DNA of 64,000 nt from Candidatus Hecatella orcuttiae (GTDB lineage Archaea; Thermoproteota; Bathyarchaeia; Hecatellales; Hecatellaceae), in NCBI GenBank assembly GCA_002011035.2, contig MTLY02000002.1:32001-96000 (forward strand), written 5' to 3'. A program made the translations under genes and the position numbers. Below are positions 37,425 through 48,620 of the stretch, one piece after another. How positions within the stretch are numbered: position 1 is the first letter of the stretch; every line of letters begins with the position of its first letter. Below the pieces are notes generated by a model that saw nothing but the letters and a program-made list of their open reading frames with translations, did no database searches and was not told the origin of the DNA.

Positions 37425-39037
37425 CCACGTAGCCCTCGGACAGCCTCCTCTAAGCTTTTCTTCAAGCCTTGGAGAGACCCTTCAGCCCAAGCTCTTTTCC
37501 TGCCGTTGTTCACCCGGATGCCTGCTTTTTCCTTCAACTGCCGGACATGCGCCCTGTCGAGCAGGCGCGAGTCCCTGTGGAGGATCACCTTTGAGTAATT
37601 TTGGGTTTTTACATACTCGACGATGTAGGCTGCTAGATTTCTTTTCATCTCCAGACTGTAGGGTTGAGCAGCTTCAAACTGAGACAGCGGATATACCTCA
37701 TCCAGTTCTAGGGGGACAATTCCTAGGGCAGGGCTGTAGAAGCAGAAATGCACCGCTTTTCCCCCGGCTGGAATCGCTTCTAGAATTTTTTTGATCTTCC
37801 CTGAGGAGGATAGGTGGAAAGGCTTGGAATCAGGCTCAGGTAGGAGGACAAGCAGTTTTGAGGAAGGGGGCTTTTCATAGGACTTCAGCATTTTCCACCT
37901 ATGCCGGAGGATTTCAGGCCTTCTGAGGCTGTGCTCACCGTAGATGAGGAGGCCTCTGGGCTTGATGGAGGGAGTAAACTTCTCCATCCACTCCGCGTAT
38001 TTGGCAATTCTCTGGAAAGCTTGGGAGAGGGATGGGTGAGCCTTAGCCCTCAGTTCTAAAAGCTCCCAAAGCCTACCTTCGACGATGCTCTGCTTAACGC
38101 GTTGAACTTCAGCCTGGGAGGCGTAGAGGTTGTGGCTTAAAAGAAAACGGTAGACCTGGGCTTTTCCTTCCTGCTTCAGCTTTTCAGGCGTGGTGCTCTT
38201 ACAAGCGGGACAAGAGCAGGGAAAATATTCCAGCCTCTCAAGCCTGAGGGTGCCGTTTTCTGTAATGTATCGGCCATCTCTGGCGTAGAGGGCGTAGGCA
38301 GCGGAGTCGAAAAGGTCGCAGCCTAGAGCCACGGCGAATGAAAACATGAAAGGATGTCCGGCTCCGAAGAGATGGAAGGGTTTTTGGATGGGGAGATTAG
38401 CCTTAGCGGCGGCTATCATGTCCACTAAGACGTCGAAGAGGTAGCGCTCCATGACCTCCGTGGGGCTTCCTAGGGCGTAGAGGTCGAAGGGAAGACGGCC
38501 TATCTCACGCGCAGACCACGCCACCAGATCCAAATGCTCGCCCCCCTGCACGGGGCCCATCCATAGGGGATCGTCCTCTTCGAAGAACTTCACAGCCTCT
38601 TTGGCCCTTTCTAAGGTTGTCAACACCGTGGATTTGGCGTAGGCCCTCCCCGTCCTCCAGCCGGTGGGGATGTCCAAGATGATGGCTATGTCCGGCTTGA
38701 TCCTCTTCTGGAACTCTATGATCTGTCGAGACGTGACAGCGACTCCTCCGTACCGGAGAACCTGATAACCTCCCGAATCCGTCATCACAACTCCTTCGAA
38801 GTCTAGGAAGCGGTGAACTCCTTTCTCCGTAACCTGAGCTTCAAAATGCTTCTTCAGAAGATAGGCGTTAGTCATCAGCCCCCCGTAGCCGAATTCCTCC
38901 CGAAGCTGCTTTGGCGCTATGTCTAAAACCCTAGGATTGAGCACTGGAAGAAGGGCAGGGGTCTCCAAGATTCCGCTTCTGGTCTTCAGCCGGCCTATTC
39001 TTCCTAGAAGGTCTTTATCCCTAACCTCGAAGCTCAA
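37421..39037 (-). CDS. tgtA: Archaeosine tRNA-guanine(15) transglycosylase
   Basis: MTDSGGYQ, LDIPTG, HLFGAGHP, DLFDSAAY and Zn site CSCPAC. Confidence 0.92.
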   Translation of the reverse strand: MSFEVRDKDLLGRIGRLKTRSGILETPALLPVLNPRVLDIAPKQLREEFGYGGLMTNAYLLKKHFEAQVTEKGVHRFLDFEGVVMTDSGGYQVLRYGGVAVTSRQIIEFQKRIKPDIAIILDIPTGWRTGRAYAKSTVLTTLERAKEAVKFFEEDDPLWMGPVQGGEHLDLVAWSAREIGRLPFDLYALGSPTEVMERYLFDVLVDMIAAAKANLPIQKPFHLFGAGHPFMFSFAVALGCDLFDSAAYALYARDGRYITENGTLRLERLEYFPCSCPACKSTTPEKLKQEGKAQVYRFLLSHNLYASQAEVQRVKQSIVEGRLWELLELRAKAHPSLSQAFQRIAKYAEWMEKFTPSIKPRGLLIYGEHSLRRPEILRHRWKMLKSYEKPPSSKLLVLLPEPDSKPFHLSSSGKIKKILEAIPAGGKAVHFCFYSPALGIVPLELDEVYPLSQFEAAQPYSLEMKRNLAAYIVEYVKTQNYSKVILHRDSRLLDRAHVRQLKEKAGIRVNNGRKRAWAEGSLQGLKKSLEEAVRGLRG

Positions 39038-39174
39038 ACACTCAAACCTCCTCAGGAGATTCCCTCACCCAAGAGGTGGGAAGCTGAAATCTCCTTTTCC
39101 ACTTCCACGGACAAAAAATTTCCAGAACGCCCTAAAAGGAGGGACAACAATGGAGGGCTGGAGGGTTTCCTGGG

Positions 39175-39528
39175 CTACCTCATCATAGCCTTGGCTATTT
39201 CTTCTTTGAGCTCAGCTTCGGTTTTGCCCTCTGTTTCTATGCCCAGTTCTTTGGCGATTTTTATGAGCTTATCCAATTCTTCCTCAGAACTGGTGGAGGG
39301 GGATTGAGAAGGAGGGGTGGATGATAATTGTTTTATGCTTTGGAGTTCTTTCTCTATTTCGCTCTTCCCTTTTTGATATTCCCCTGTTGCCCTCCCTAGA
39401 CTTCTGGCTAACTCCGGAAGTTTCTTCGCTCCAAACAGGAGGACTACCACAACAACTATGAGGATGACCCATTCCATTCCGTGAATTGTTGGAACAAAGC
39501 CCAGATGCTCTATTCCGAAATTCAGCAT
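39175..39528 (-). CDS. tatA: Twin-arginine translocase TatA
   Basis: LLFGAKKLPELARSLGRA motif. Confidence 0.9.
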   Translation of the reverse strand: MLNFGIEHLGFVPTIHGMEWVILIVVVVVLLFGAKKLPELARSLGRATGEYQKGKSEIEKELQSIKQLSSTPPSQSPSTSSEEELDKLIKIAKELGIETEGKTEAELKEEIAKAMMR

Positions 39529-39542
39529 AGTTACTCAGCCCT

Positions 39543-40343
39543 TTAAGATAATGGCCCGATCCCTATTTTAACCTTATGGTAGGTTGTAAGAAGATAGCCC
39601 GCGGCATAGAGAACCAACATGGGCCCTGCGACCAGGAACATTGTGATACCGCTTCCGTCCGGAGTTATCAACGCGCCAAAGATTAGCATACCTACCGCGG
39701 CGTAGTTGAAGTTTCTTTTCCAGAAATCCGACTCCACAACTCCCACGGAGGTTAAGCCTACCATGATGATGGGCATCTGGAAGGCTAAACCGAAGGCCAG
39801 GAGAAACATCAAAACAAAAGACACGAAGCTGGTGATGGTGAGGAAAGTGGTCAGATTAACGGACAGGGCATACCGAAAAAGAAAGTTCAGAGTGAAGGGT
39901 ATGACGTAAAAATAGGCAAAAATCGCCCCACCGATGAAAAGCGCAGCGGAGGGGATAGCCATCCTCAAGATCAGTCTTTTTTCATGAGGGTAAAGCCCAG
40001 GAGCCACAAACTTGCCCAACTGGTAGACTATCATGGGCATGCCGAGGGCGATTCCCAAGAAAATGGAAACATAGAAAAGAGAAAAGATGGCTTCTCCGGG
40101 AGTCGTGACGATAACCCTCACGTATTCGGGAACGAGATCCTCCTGAAGCTTTTGCAGAAACTGGGCGGCTATGTTGTGGAAAGGATCTGGAAACAGGTAG
40201 TACACCGTGAAGCCGCCGACGTCGCTGTTTCGGAGGGAAAAGGCGAAACTTCCCGCGGAGATGGCCATCACTGTTATGATGGCGCGTATAACCCTAGCCC
40301 TCAGCTCCGCGAAATGCTCCATCAGACTCATTTCTTTGGACAT
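39543..40343 (-). CDS. tatC: Twin-arginine translocase TatC
   Basis: EHFAELR.R, FVAPGLYPHEK, FQMP and ITPDGS motifs. Confidence 0.92.
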   Translation of the reverse strand: MSKEMSLMEHFAELRARVIRAIITVMAISAGSFAFSLRNSDVGGFTVYYLFPDPFHNIAAQFLQKLQEDLVPEYVRVIVTTPGEAIFSLFYVSIFLGIALGMPMIVYQLGKFVAPGLYPHEKRLILRMAIPSAALFIGGAIFAYFYVIPFTLNFLFRYALSVNLTTFLTITSFVSFVLMFLLAFGLAFQMPIIMVGLTSVGVVESDFWKRNFNYAAVGMLIFGALITPDGSGITMFLVAGPMLVLYAAGYLLTTYHKVKIGIGPLS

Positions 40344-40467
40344 GGATCCACCAAGACGGCGGCTGGGCCATTATATTTAACGGAAAATGCCCCTCAAAAA
40401 CCTTCCCTTCTAAGAATAAGAATGCCCCTTGAAGAGCTTTCAGTGGAAGATCCCCGGGGAAGGAACC

Positions 40468-41004
40468 TTATGTCTTGCGGCTTGGCTTAGAGCTTAGTGC
40501 GCTGATTATTTCTCGGCAAAAGTAGGGCAAGTCTGCGGGGGACCTTGACGTAATCAGGTTTCCATCCCGCACTACTGGGGTGTCTGAATATCTTGCCCCA
40601 GCGTTTACCACATCGTCTTTTATGGCTGCGAAGCAGGTGATATGTCTACCTTGGAGGAGTTTAGCTGAAATCAAAACTTGGGCGCCGTGGCATATGGCTG
40701 CTAAGATTTTGCCTTGCCGGTGCGCAGTCTTTACAAGTTTCAAGACTTCCTTATGCCGCCTCAACCTGTCGGGAGACCATCCTCCGGGGATGATGAGACC
40801 GTCGAAATCTTCAGCCCGGGATTCTTTCGCCGTCAAGTCAGGCTTTACGGACAGGCCGCGTTTGCCTTTCACTGTTTTCCTGTCCGGGGCTAAAACTTTA
40901 ACCTCGGCTCCTTCCTCCATCAGTCGGATGTGAGGGTAATGGAGTTCCAAGTCCTCGTAGTCAGGGCCGGCTAAGATTCCGATTCTTTTACCCTTCAGCA
41001 TCAT
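40468..41004 (-). CDS. pfpI: PfpI/DJ-1 family protein
   Basis: YEDLEL.YP, IPGGWSPD.LR, AICHG and ITSR.P.DL motifs. Confidence 0.88.
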   Translation of the reverse strand: MMLKGKRIGILAGPDYEDLELHYPHIRLMEEGAEVKVLAPDRKTVKGKRGLSVKPDLTAKESRAEDFDGLIIPGGWSPDRLRRHKEVLKLVKTAHRQGKILAAICHGAQVLISAKLLQGRHITCFAAIKDDVVNAGARYSDTPVVRDGNLITSRSPADLPYFCREIISALSSKPSRKT

Positions 41005-41062
41005 CTTTACTCCTATATAGAAGGCTGTGGTCTTTTTTATTGATATCGATGAGGGAGAGAGG

Positions 41063-42154
41063 CTAAATTATACCCATTTCTCGGCCCAATTCCATGAGAA
41101 GCTGCTTCTGGCGGCCGGTCAGCTTCGTCGGCACCCGCACCTGGATTCTCACAAACTCGTCTCCCCGCCCGAAACCTCTCAGTTTAGGCATCCCTTTTCC
41201 CTTTAACCGGAAAACAGTGCCAGGCTGGGTGCCCGGGGGGATTTTCAGCTTAGCCTTTCCATCTAAGGTGGGAACCTCCATCTCACCGCCCAACGCTGCG
41301 AGGACGAAGCTGACGGGAACCTCGCAGTAAAGGTTGGGGCCGTCTCTCTTGAAGATAGGATGAGGCTTCACATGGACTACCACATAGAGGTCTCCTGGGC
41401 GGCCTCCTTGAGCGCCTACGTCTCCTCCGCCGCTGATCCTCAAGCTGGTTTCACCTTCTATGCCTGGGGGGATTTTGACGCTTATCTTCCGCGTCCGCTG
41501 CACGTTTCCCGTGCCTCGACATTCGCTGCAGGGCGAGTCTATGATCGTTTTCTTCCCGTGGCACCGGTTGCATGTTAGGATTTGCACAAACCGAGCGAAG
41601 CCTGAGGTTTGGACATATTGAATCTGGCCCGTTCCATGGCATTCAGGGCATTTCCTCGGCTGGGTGCCAGGCTTAGCGCCGCTTCCTCCACAAACATGGC
41701 ATGTTTCAATGCGGGGGACTTCGACTTCCGTTCTTAAACCGGAGGCAGCCTGTTCGAGAGTGATGTCTAAATCGTATCGAAGGTCTGCGCCTCTTTGAGG
41801 TTCGTATCTCGGGCGGGCTCCGCCGAAGAACAGGTCGAAGATTCTTTCAAAGCCTCCGAAGCCGAAGCCTAGGTCTCGGAAGATTTCGTCAAAGTCAACG
41901 CCTCGGAATATGTCCTCCGGAGTATATCTGTCGCCTATTCCAGCATGGCCGAACATGTCATATTGGCGGCGCTTCTCATCGTCGGAAAGGACTGCGTAGG
42001 CTTCGGATATTTCCTTGAATTTTTCTTCAGCGTCGGGAGATTTATTCCGGTCTGGGTGGTACTGCATGGCCAGCTTTCGGTAGGCGTTCTTTATTTCCTC
42101 CTTGGTAGCATTTCTGGGCACGTTGAGAACTTCGTAGTAGTCCCGCTTACTCAT
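41063..42154 (-). CDS. dnaJ: Chaperone DnaJ
   Basis: J-domain HPD, G/F region and four CxxCxG Zn-finger repeats. Confidence 0.96.
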   Translation of the reverse strand: MSKRDYYEVLNVPRNATKEEIKNAYRKLAMQYHPDRNKSPDAEEKFKEISEAYAVLSDDEKRRQYDMFGHAGIGDRYTPEDIFRGVDFDEIFRDLGFGFGGFERIFDLFFGGARPRYEPQRGADLRYDLDITLEQAASGLRTEVEVPRIETCHVCGGSGAKPGTQPRKCPECHGTGQIQYVQTSGFARFVQILTCNRCHGKKTIIDSPCSECRGTGNVQRTRKISVKIPPGIEGETSLRISGGGDVGAQGGRPGDLYVVVHVKPHPIFKRDGPNLYCEVPVSFVLAALGGEMEVPTLDGKAKLKIPPGTQPGTVFRLKGKGMPKLRGFGRGDEFVRIQVRVPTKLTGRQKQLLMELGREMGII

Positions 42155-42321
42155 GCCTAGCCGTCCTCCCCACGGCTGGGGGTGGATGAAGCCCGCTTCT
42201 AGGAGGATGCAGCGTTCTTCAGTATGCTGTCAACTTTAACTCCGCCACATCCAAGTCGCTAAAATACAGAGAATACAATATTAGCTTTATCCCGTGGAAG
42301 CAGGGACGTTGAAAAGCCGGG

Positions 42322-44190
42322 TTACTTTTTCCCTTCATCAACTACCTCGTAGTCGGCATCCACAACCTTTCCTTCCCCCTGCTGGGAACCTTCCTTGGAG
42401 GGGGGAGGCGAACTGCTTCCCCCGCTGGGCGCCTGTTGCTGGGCGGCTTGCTGGTACACGGTGGCTCCTGCAGTTTGCAGCGCTTTGGCCAGTTCGTCGG
42501 TTTTAGCCTTAATCTTATCCACTTCCTTGCCTTTCAGAGCCTCTTTCAGTTCTCCAACGGCTTTTTGCACCCTGTCTTTCATGTCTTGGCTGAGTTTGTC
42601 TCCCAGTTCTCCTAGGGTTTTTTCCGCCGTGTAGATCATGGAGTCAGCGGCGTTTCGGATTTCAGCTTCCTCCTTTCTTTTCCGGTCTTGTTCTGCAAAC
42701 TGCTCCGCCTCCTTGATCATCCGCTGCTTTTCCTCCTCGGAAAGTTTTGTAGAGGCTGTGATGGTGATCTTCTGCTCCTTGTTGGTGGCCAAGTCCTTGG
42801 CGGAGACGTTAAGGATGCCGTTGGCGTCGATGTCGAAGGTGACCTCTATCTGAGGGACGCCTCTGGGGGCTGGGGGGATGCCAACAAGATTAAACCTACC
42901 CAAGGAAATGTTGTCGGAGGCCATAGGCCGCTCTCCCTGCAACACGTGGATGGTTACCGTGGTCTGGAAGTCGGCGGCTGTGGTGAAAATCTGGCTTTTC
43001 CTAGTGGGTATGGTGGTGTTCCGCTCGATGATCTTGGTGAAAATACCTCCTAAAGTCTCAACTCCGAGGGAGAGAGGGGTTACATCGAGAAGAAGAATGT
43101 CTTTAACCTCCCCCGCGAGGACACCTCCCTGGATGGCGGCTCCGATGGCCACGCATTCCATGGGGTCGATGCCTCGCTCCACCTTCTTGCCCATGAATTT
43201 CTCCACGAACATCTGAACTATCGGCATCCTCGTCGGGCCGCCTACGAGAATAATCCTATCAATGTCCTTTGGCTCCAATTTAGCGTCCTCCAAAGCCTGC
43301 CTCATGGGTCCCCGGCAACGCTCCACGATGGGAGCGATCAGTTCCTCCAGCTTCGCCCTCGTCAAGGTTATGTTCAAATGTTTGGGGCCGCTGGCGTCAG
43401 CGGCGATGAAGGGCAGGCTGATGTCGGAGGTCAGGGTGGTGGAGAGCTCTATTTTGGCTTTCTCCGCAGCCTCCCTCAGCCGCTGCATGGCAACTTTATC
43501 CTCTCTCAAGTCGATGCCTGTTTCTTTTTTAAATTCATGGACCAAGTAGTCGACGATGGCGTTGTCCATGTCCGTGCCTCCCAGCTGAGTGTCCCCGCTG
43601 GTGGCTTTGACTTCGAAGACGCCTCCGCCGAACTCCATTATGGTGACGTCGAGGGTTCCTCCGCCGAAGTCGAAGACCATGATCTTCTGCTCCTTTTCAG
43701 CCTTGTCTATACCGTAAGCTAGGGAGGCAGCCGTCGGCTCGTTGATTATCCTCACCACATCCAACCCGGCGATGATGCCGGCGTCCTTGGTCGCCTGCCT
43801 CTGGTTGTCGTTGAAGTAGGCTGGGACGGTGATCACGGCTTTCTCCACTTTTTCCCCGAGAAAAGCTTCCGCGTCTCGTTTGATCTTTTGCAGAATGAAG
43901 GCGGAAATCTGCTGAGGAGTGTATTCTTTTCCGAAGATCTTAACTTTATAGTCTGTGCCCATCTTGCGCTTTATGGCGGTGACTGTTCCCTCCGGATTGG
44001 AAATAGCCTGCCTTCTAGCCGGCTCACCCACCAACAGCTGACCGTCCTTGGTGAAGGCGACATAGGAGGGGAAAGCCTTCCCCGCGACAGTTAAGCCTTC
44101 AGCGCTAGGTATGATGGTGGGTCTTCCGCCTAACATAACCGCTGCCGCTGAGTTGCTTGTCCCCAAGTCTATGCCAATTATTTTAGCCAA
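42322..44190 (-). CDS. dnaK: Chaperone DnaK (Hsp70)
   Basis: [27 protein letters not shown] and NEPTAA motifs; TTG start after a GGAGG RBS. Confidence 0.97.
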   Translation of the reverse strand: MAKIIGIDLGTSNSAAAVMLGGRPTIIPSAEGLTVAGKAFPSYVAFTKDGQLLVGEPARRQAISNPEGTVTAIKRKMGTDYKVKIFGKEYTPQQISAFILQKIKRDAEAFLGEKVEKAVITVPAYFNDNQRQATKDAGIIAGLDVVRIINEPTAASLAYGIDKAEKEQKIMVFDFGGGTLDVTIMEFGGGVFEVKATSGDTQLGGTDMDNAIVDYLVHEFKKETGIDLREDKVAMQRLREAAEKAKIELSTTLTSDISLPFIAADASGPKHLNITLTRAKLEELIAPIVERCRGPMRQALEDAKLEPKDIDRIILVGGPTRMPIVQMFVEKFMGKKVERGIDPMECVAIGAAIQGGVLAGEVKDILLLDVTPLSLGVETLGGIFTKIIERNTTIPTRKSQIFTTAADFQTTVTIHVLQGERPMASDNISLGRFNLVGIPPAPRGVPQIEVTFDIDANGILNVSAKDLATNKEQKITITASTKLSEEEKQRMIKEAEQFAEQDRKRKEEAEIRNAADSMIYTAEKTLGELGDKLSQDMKDRVQKAVGELKEALKGKEVDKIKAKTDELAKALQTAGATVYQQAAQQQAPSGGSSSPPPSKEGSQQGEGKVVDADYEVVDEGKK

Positions 44191-44320
44191 AGGGAAAACC
44201 TCCTCCAAGTTTAGCTTATTTCTAACCTACCTGAAGCTTTGCTGTGCGCAGGAAGCTTAATTTTTTCATCCCATCGATGGAAACACCGTTTTATAAACTC
44301 ATCGGCAAACTTCACCAGCG

Positions 44321-44848
44321 CTACTTGACCTCGATTCTCACCCCTTCCTCTTTTGGCTTCGGCTCCTTCTTCGGCAGCTCGATTTCAAGGATTCCCTTAT
44401 CCATCTTCGCTTTCGCCTTGTCTGCAAGAACCTCTTCAGGCAGCGTTATCCGCCGGTGGAAAGCCCGGTAGGATCTTTCCCGGTGGAGGTAGGATTTTTC
44501 GTGCTCCTCCTTCACCTCGCGGTGCTCAGCTCTGATCTCCAAGGTATCTTTGTTCAACGTTAGGTCAACTTCCTCCTTACTGTATCCAGGAAGCTCAACA
44601 GTCACGACCAACCTGTCGCCCTTGTCCACCACATCCACATAAGGCGTCCGAACTGCTGGTTCAGGCAGCCGCGGCATGAAATCCCATGGTCTGAAGGGGA
44701 ATCTCCACGGTTGAAGTAATCCTTCGAAGCCCATCCTGAAATCTTCAAACAGCCTATCCAATTCGCGGATGAAGTTGGTGGGTCGCCACCATCTAGGGAT
44801 GATCGTTTCACGTTCTGATTTTTTGAGGTCTATGTCCTTTTCTACCAT
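44321..44848 (-). CDS. Small heat-shock protein (Hsp20)
   Basis: Alpha-crystallin domain (ELPG...RER...F.R.I.LP...GILEI.LPK) and C-terminal IEV. Confidence 0.92.
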   Translation of the reverse strand: MVEKDIDLKKSERETIIPRWWRPTNFIRELDRLFEDFRMGFEGLLQPWRFPFRPWDFMPRLPEPAVRTPYVDVVDKGDRLVVTVELPGYSKEEVDLTLNKDTLEIRAEHREVKEEHEKSYLHRERSYRAFHRRITLPEEVLADKAKAKMDKGILEIELPKKEPKPKEEGVRIEVK

Positions 44849-44866
44849 TTTTATCACCTTTAGTAA

Positions 44867-44881
44867 TTAACCTAAGGTTAG
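44867..44881. promoter_or_regulatory. Heat-shock operator TTAAC-N5-GTTAG (HSR1/Phr-type)
   Basis: Palindrome between the divergent hsp20 and HTH regulator genes; one mismatch from the Archaeoglobus HSR1 motif CTAAC-N5-GTTAG. Confidence 0.65.
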
Positions 44882-44935
44882 TAACTGGATGATAATATTT
44901 AAATATTTCGGTGGAATTTATTGATTTGGGCGAGG

Positions 44936-45682
44936 ATGTCCGTAGGTCAGGAAGACGCAGGTCTCCTGCTGGAGATCTTAGGCAACGAGACTAGGAGGAA
45001 GATTATTCAGCTTCTTGCCGACGAGCCGAAATACCTCCTTCAGTTAGCCAAGGAAGCAGATGTCAGTCAGCAGGCGGTGCTTAAGCACCTAGCCTTGTTG
45101 GAGAAATACGGCTATGTGACTTCTTACGAGGTTGAGAGCGAACTCGCTGCGCCGCCGAGAAAATACTACGAACTGGCTAGATCGTTCTATCTGTCTATAG
45201 GGTTGACTAAGGGTGCCTTCGACTTCATGATCCAGAAGATCCCTTCAGAGGAGGGGGGGGAAGAAGCAGAGTTTCCTAGACGGTTGAAAGAGTTGAGAAG
45301 GCAGCTCAGAAAATTTGAAAAAACCTCCGACCTCCCTCAAGCCTTATCGACGGCTGATGTTTTGCTGGATGAAATCAATCGCCAAGCCAAAGAGTTGACT
45401 GAGGCCAAGCTCTTCCTCTTGACGTTGAAGCAGAAGATAATGGGACGAGTCCGCGAAATGGTAAGACAGGTGACAGGCACGGTGGTGGAAAGGAGAGTCC
45501 TCCGTTCCCTCTTGGGCACCGGAGGCGTCGCCGACATCGAAGCTCTCTCGGAAGAGCTGGACGTTCGCGAAAAAGAAGTTGAAAGAGCGTTGGATTCGCT
45601 GCAACGGAAACTGGGTTTTTTGAGGAAAAGACCTAAGGCTTCAAGGAAGCCAGCTTACCGCCGTAGGGAACGAAACCGTTAG
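44936..45682 (+). CDS. ArsR-like winged-HTH heat-shock regulator (HSR1/Phr-like)
   Basis: LEILGNETRRKIIQLL..EP, VSQQAVLKHL and PRKYY motifs, coiled coil; divergent from hsp20-dnaK-dnaJ. Confidence 0.75.
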   Translation: MSVGQEDAGLLLEILGNETRRKIIQLLADEPKYLLQLAKEADVSQQAVLKHLALLEKYGYVTSYEVESELAAPPRKYYELARSFYLSIGLTKGAFDFMIQKIPSEEGGEEAEFPRRLKELRRQLRKFEKTSDLPQALSTADVLLDEINRQAKELTEAKLFLLTLKQKIMGRVREMVRQVTGTVVERRVLRSLLGTGGVADIEALSEELDVREKEVERALDSLQRKLGFLRKRPKASRKPAYRRRERNR

Positions 45683-45696
45683 AGGGGAAGGAAGTC

Positions 45697-46167
45697 GTGT
45701 TCGCACCTCATCTGCTGGCTTGGAGGCAGGTGAAGAACTGGAGATGTCTGGGCTGCGGGGACTGCTGCAGAAGGTCTGTAGTCATGGTCAGCCGCGGGGA
45801 GGCCTCCAAGTTTCTCCAGAAATATCCCTGGTCTCTAGAGAGCCTAGGCGCCAAGAGCATTATCAAACATAACCCTTGGGGGAGATGCGTCTTCCAAGTG
45901 GGAAACCTCTGCAGCATCCAGCACGACAAGCCTCTGGCCTGCAGGCTTTGGCCTTTCCACCCTCGGCTTAAGCCGTTGAGGACGGAGGATGCCGGTGAAG
46001 CTGAATACTCTCACCAAGGCCAACGCTACTACATCTATGTGGACAGAAGATGCGTCGGCCTAGGGAAGGGGCCGCCCATAACTTTAGCCCTAGCTGAGGT
46101 TGTGAGAATGGTGGAGGGAATCCCCACCCAGCCGAAGTACACTACCATTCCCCTCCAGCTGCTTTAA
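45697..46167 (+). CDS. YkgJ family cysteine-cluster protein
   Basis: CLGCGDCC...CVF...CSI...KPLACRLWPF. Confidence 0.82.
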   Translation: MFAPHLLAWRQVKNWRCLGCGDCCRRSVVMVSRGEASKFLQKYPWSLESLGAKSIIKHNPWGRCVFQVGNLCSIQHDKPLACRLWPFHPRLKPLRTEDAGEAEYSHQGQRYYIYVDRRCVGLGKGPPITLALAEVVRMVEGIPTQPKYTTIPLQLL

Positions 46168-46305
46168 AGCTGAACGCATAGCTTCGCCTACAAATCCCAG
46201 CTGAAACGTGTAAAAAGATTATGCCGTATATGACATGAGGTTTTTGGCGGGCGCCTATACCAGCCGCTGAGATGGTGGGATGTTTCCCGCATCTCTTTTC
46301 CGAGT

Positions 46306-46767
46306 TTAGATCTCGGCTGCAGCGAACTCCACGTGGGTGAGCTGCTGGAAGTAAGGTGAACTTCTGCCGAAGGCTCGGGGAATATACTTCCTTATCTTCA
46401 TCGCCCTTTGGGCTGCTGCATGCACTATTCTCAGCCTTTCCGGGTCAAGCCCTTTCTCCACAGCGTTGGCTTCCAAAGCCTTCAGAACCCTCAGGAGTTC
46501 CCGGGAGGCTTTCTGAGGGTAGCGCCCTGCATGCCAGCCTTGGAGGCCGCGGCGGTGGGGAACCTCCTTCTTATGTCGCTTGTAGGGCACAGCCCTCTTC
46601 CCTTGGATGACTTCTTCGAGAAACTTCTTGGCGTGCTCCAGCCGCATTTTTCTGATGGAGGCGCATATTTCCCTAGCGGCTTTAGGGGAGATTCTCAAGT
46701 CTCTTCCGCTGGCTATAGCCGTCTTGGCCTTGTCCAGTTCTTTAATGGAGTACCCCCAGCTGGGCAT
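46306..46767 (-). CDS. rpl22: 50S ribosomal protein L22 (uL22)
   Basis: ISPKAAREIC, GRYPQKA and PRAFGRSSP motifs. Confidence 0.93.
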   Translation of the reverse strand: MPSWGYSIKELDKAKTAIASGRDLRISPKAAREICASIRKMRLEHAKKFLEEVIQGKRAVPYKRHKKEVPHRRGLQGWHAGRYPQKASRELLRVLKALEANAVEKGLDPERLRIVHAAAQRAMKIRKYIPRAFGRSSPYFQQLTHVEFAAAEI

Positions 46768-46910
46768 CGGCTTTCCAATCCTCGGAATTTGGGGAAATAT
46801 CAAAGCTTTAAGCTCTAATAAAGTTTCTTGAAAACCCGACTAAAACACTGGAGAGGGCAAACCTTTAGTTTCCCTCCTTCCCCTGAGGAGAAGAGGAGAC
46901 TGACTGAACT

Positions 46911-47507
46911 GTGCCCCACATCTTCGACGCAAGCAGAAAAGACCTTTTAGAAGACCCTGAGCGCTGGAAGGGAACCAGCATCAGCACTATGCTCAGAAAG
47001 GCGGGGTTAAGAAGGGGAAAAAACATGGTCGATATGGGATGTGGAACAGGTTTTTTCTCTCTACCAGCCTCGGAGATAGTGGGATTCCGAGGCTTAGTCT
47101 GCTCTATAGACCTTCAATTGAAGATGCTGGGTTTCTTGAAGTCGAAGCTTAAGACATCGGCCGGTGTCAATGTGGAGCCCGTGCTTTCCAGCATTTTAGA
47201 CGCTCCCCTCCACACAGCATCCGTGGACCTAGTCCTCTTGGTGGACACGCTCCATGAAGTGGAGCGGAAGAACGCCCTCCTCAAGGAAGCCTGGCGGATC
47301 CTGAAGCCCAAGGGCCGAATTGCCGTGGTAGACTGGAAAAAGGCCAGGATGGATATCGGGCCTCCGTGGGAGGAGAGGCTGAGCTTGGACGAGGTACTCC
47401 ATCTTCTAGCCCAAGCCGGCTTTGGAAAGCCCTCCGCCTTCCAAGCGGGTCATTACCACTACGGGGTTACGGCCGTGAAGCCAGATTCTTCCTCTCCCCA
47501 AGGTTAG
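46911..47507 (+). CDS. Class I SAM-dependent methyltransferase
   Basis: DMGCGTGFF, LHEV, RILKPKG and DW.K...GPP motifs. Confidence 0.82.
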   Translation: MPHIFDASRKDLLEDPERWKGTSISTMLRKAGLRRGKNMVDMGCGTGFFSLPASEIVGFRGLVCSIDLQLKMLGFLKSKLKTSAGVNVEPVLSSILDAPLHTASVDLVLLVDTLHEVERKNALLKEAWRILKPKGRIAVVDWKKARMDIGPPWEERLSLDEVLHLLAQAGFGKPSAFQAGHYHYGVTAVKPDSSSPQG

Positions 47508-48408
47508 ATGTTTTGGAGGCAGAGGTGGTTCGGCTTCCACCGCTCTTATAGAGCTCAAGCCTGCTGGCTTCCAGCATCTCCACTTTTCTCCCCAAGAACT
47601 CAGCGGCAGTGAGGACTTGAACCCCTCGGCGTTCAGCGGCTTCACAGAGGGGAGAAGCCAGCTTCCTGTAATTGAGGTCCCTCATGAAATGGTGTTCCAG
47701 CAGAATTGTTTTAACCGGAGTCTTCTCCACGATCTTAGCTAGGTTTTCCATGGAAGTCTCCAAACTGGCTTGGCTGTACCGGTAGCCCAGCATGTAGGTC
47801 AGGGGGCCGTCGACGATGAGGAAGCTGGGCTTCTCATCGAGAATGAACCGAGCTTGCTCAGGGAGGGAGGGCCCTTCCACATCGGAGGTGTAGACCAGCT
47901 TCTCTCCCCCCACCCCAATGCTGACCTCCACCACATAGCCCAGCTGAGTGTCGGTTCCGTGGGCGACGGCTTTGGAAAACCTCAGGGAAGTCCTGCCGAA
48001 AACCTTATGCACTCCGTCGGCGTAGTCTAGGGTCTTGGGGAGGCCTCGGATGGCTTGGAGAAAGCGAGGCGCCCTCTCTGCTCTTTGGCTGTAGTTGATG
48101 TTTTCCCGAGGATGCTTCACAAAGACCTTTTTACCTGTGTAAATGGAGGTGGGGATAAGTCCGCCTAGGTCGTGGTGGTCGTAGTGGTAGTGGGTTACGA
48201 TGAGGATGTCGGAGGCCTCAGCGTGGCTCTGCACAGCCTTGGCACATTCCTTCTGCCTAGCCAGCTCCAAGGGATGCGTAGGAAGCCCGAATCTTCGGGG
48301 AGCCAAAGAGACCCCAGGGTCTATGGTGATCTTGACATCCTCCGTCTCCACGTAGGTAGCCATGGACCTGACGCCGAAGCTGTCGAAGGCCAGAGGCTTA
48401 ATCAACAT
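47467..48408 (-). CDS. UPF0282 family metallo-beta-lactamase-fold hydrolase
   Basis: DSFGVRSMAT, IDPGVSLAPRRFGLP, THYHYDHH and SDVEGP motifs. Confidence 0.85.
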   Translation of the reverse strand: MLIKPLAFDSFGVRSMATYVETEDVKITIDPGVSLAPRRFGLPTHPLELARQKECAKAVQSHAEASDILIVTHYHYDHHDLGGLIPTSIYTGKKVFVKHPRENINYSQRAERAPRFLQAIRGLPKTLDYADGVHKVFGRTSLRFSKAVAHGTDTQLGYVVEVSIGVGGEKLVYTSDVEGPSLPEQARFILDEKPSFLIVDGPLTYMLGYRYSQASLETSMENLAKIVEKTPVKTILLEHHFMRDLNYRKLASPLCEAAERRGVQVLTAAEFLGRKVEMLEASRLELYKSGGSRTTSASKTSNLGERKNLASRP

Positions 48409-48620
48409 TGCCCCAAACCTACAGTGCTTTGCCTAAATAGAAGCTTTCTAGCTAAAAAAACTTCTAACAAAAATAAAAAAAGATACTGGAGCGGTAGACC
48501 GTGTTAAAATATCGTCGAAATTTACGGCCAAATGCAGACGCTGAATTTTAAGCCAGCATGTTTTCGTGACCTGTTCGCCGGCTTATATCTTGGAAGCAGC
48601 GAGCTTCGGCTGGTTTCAGG

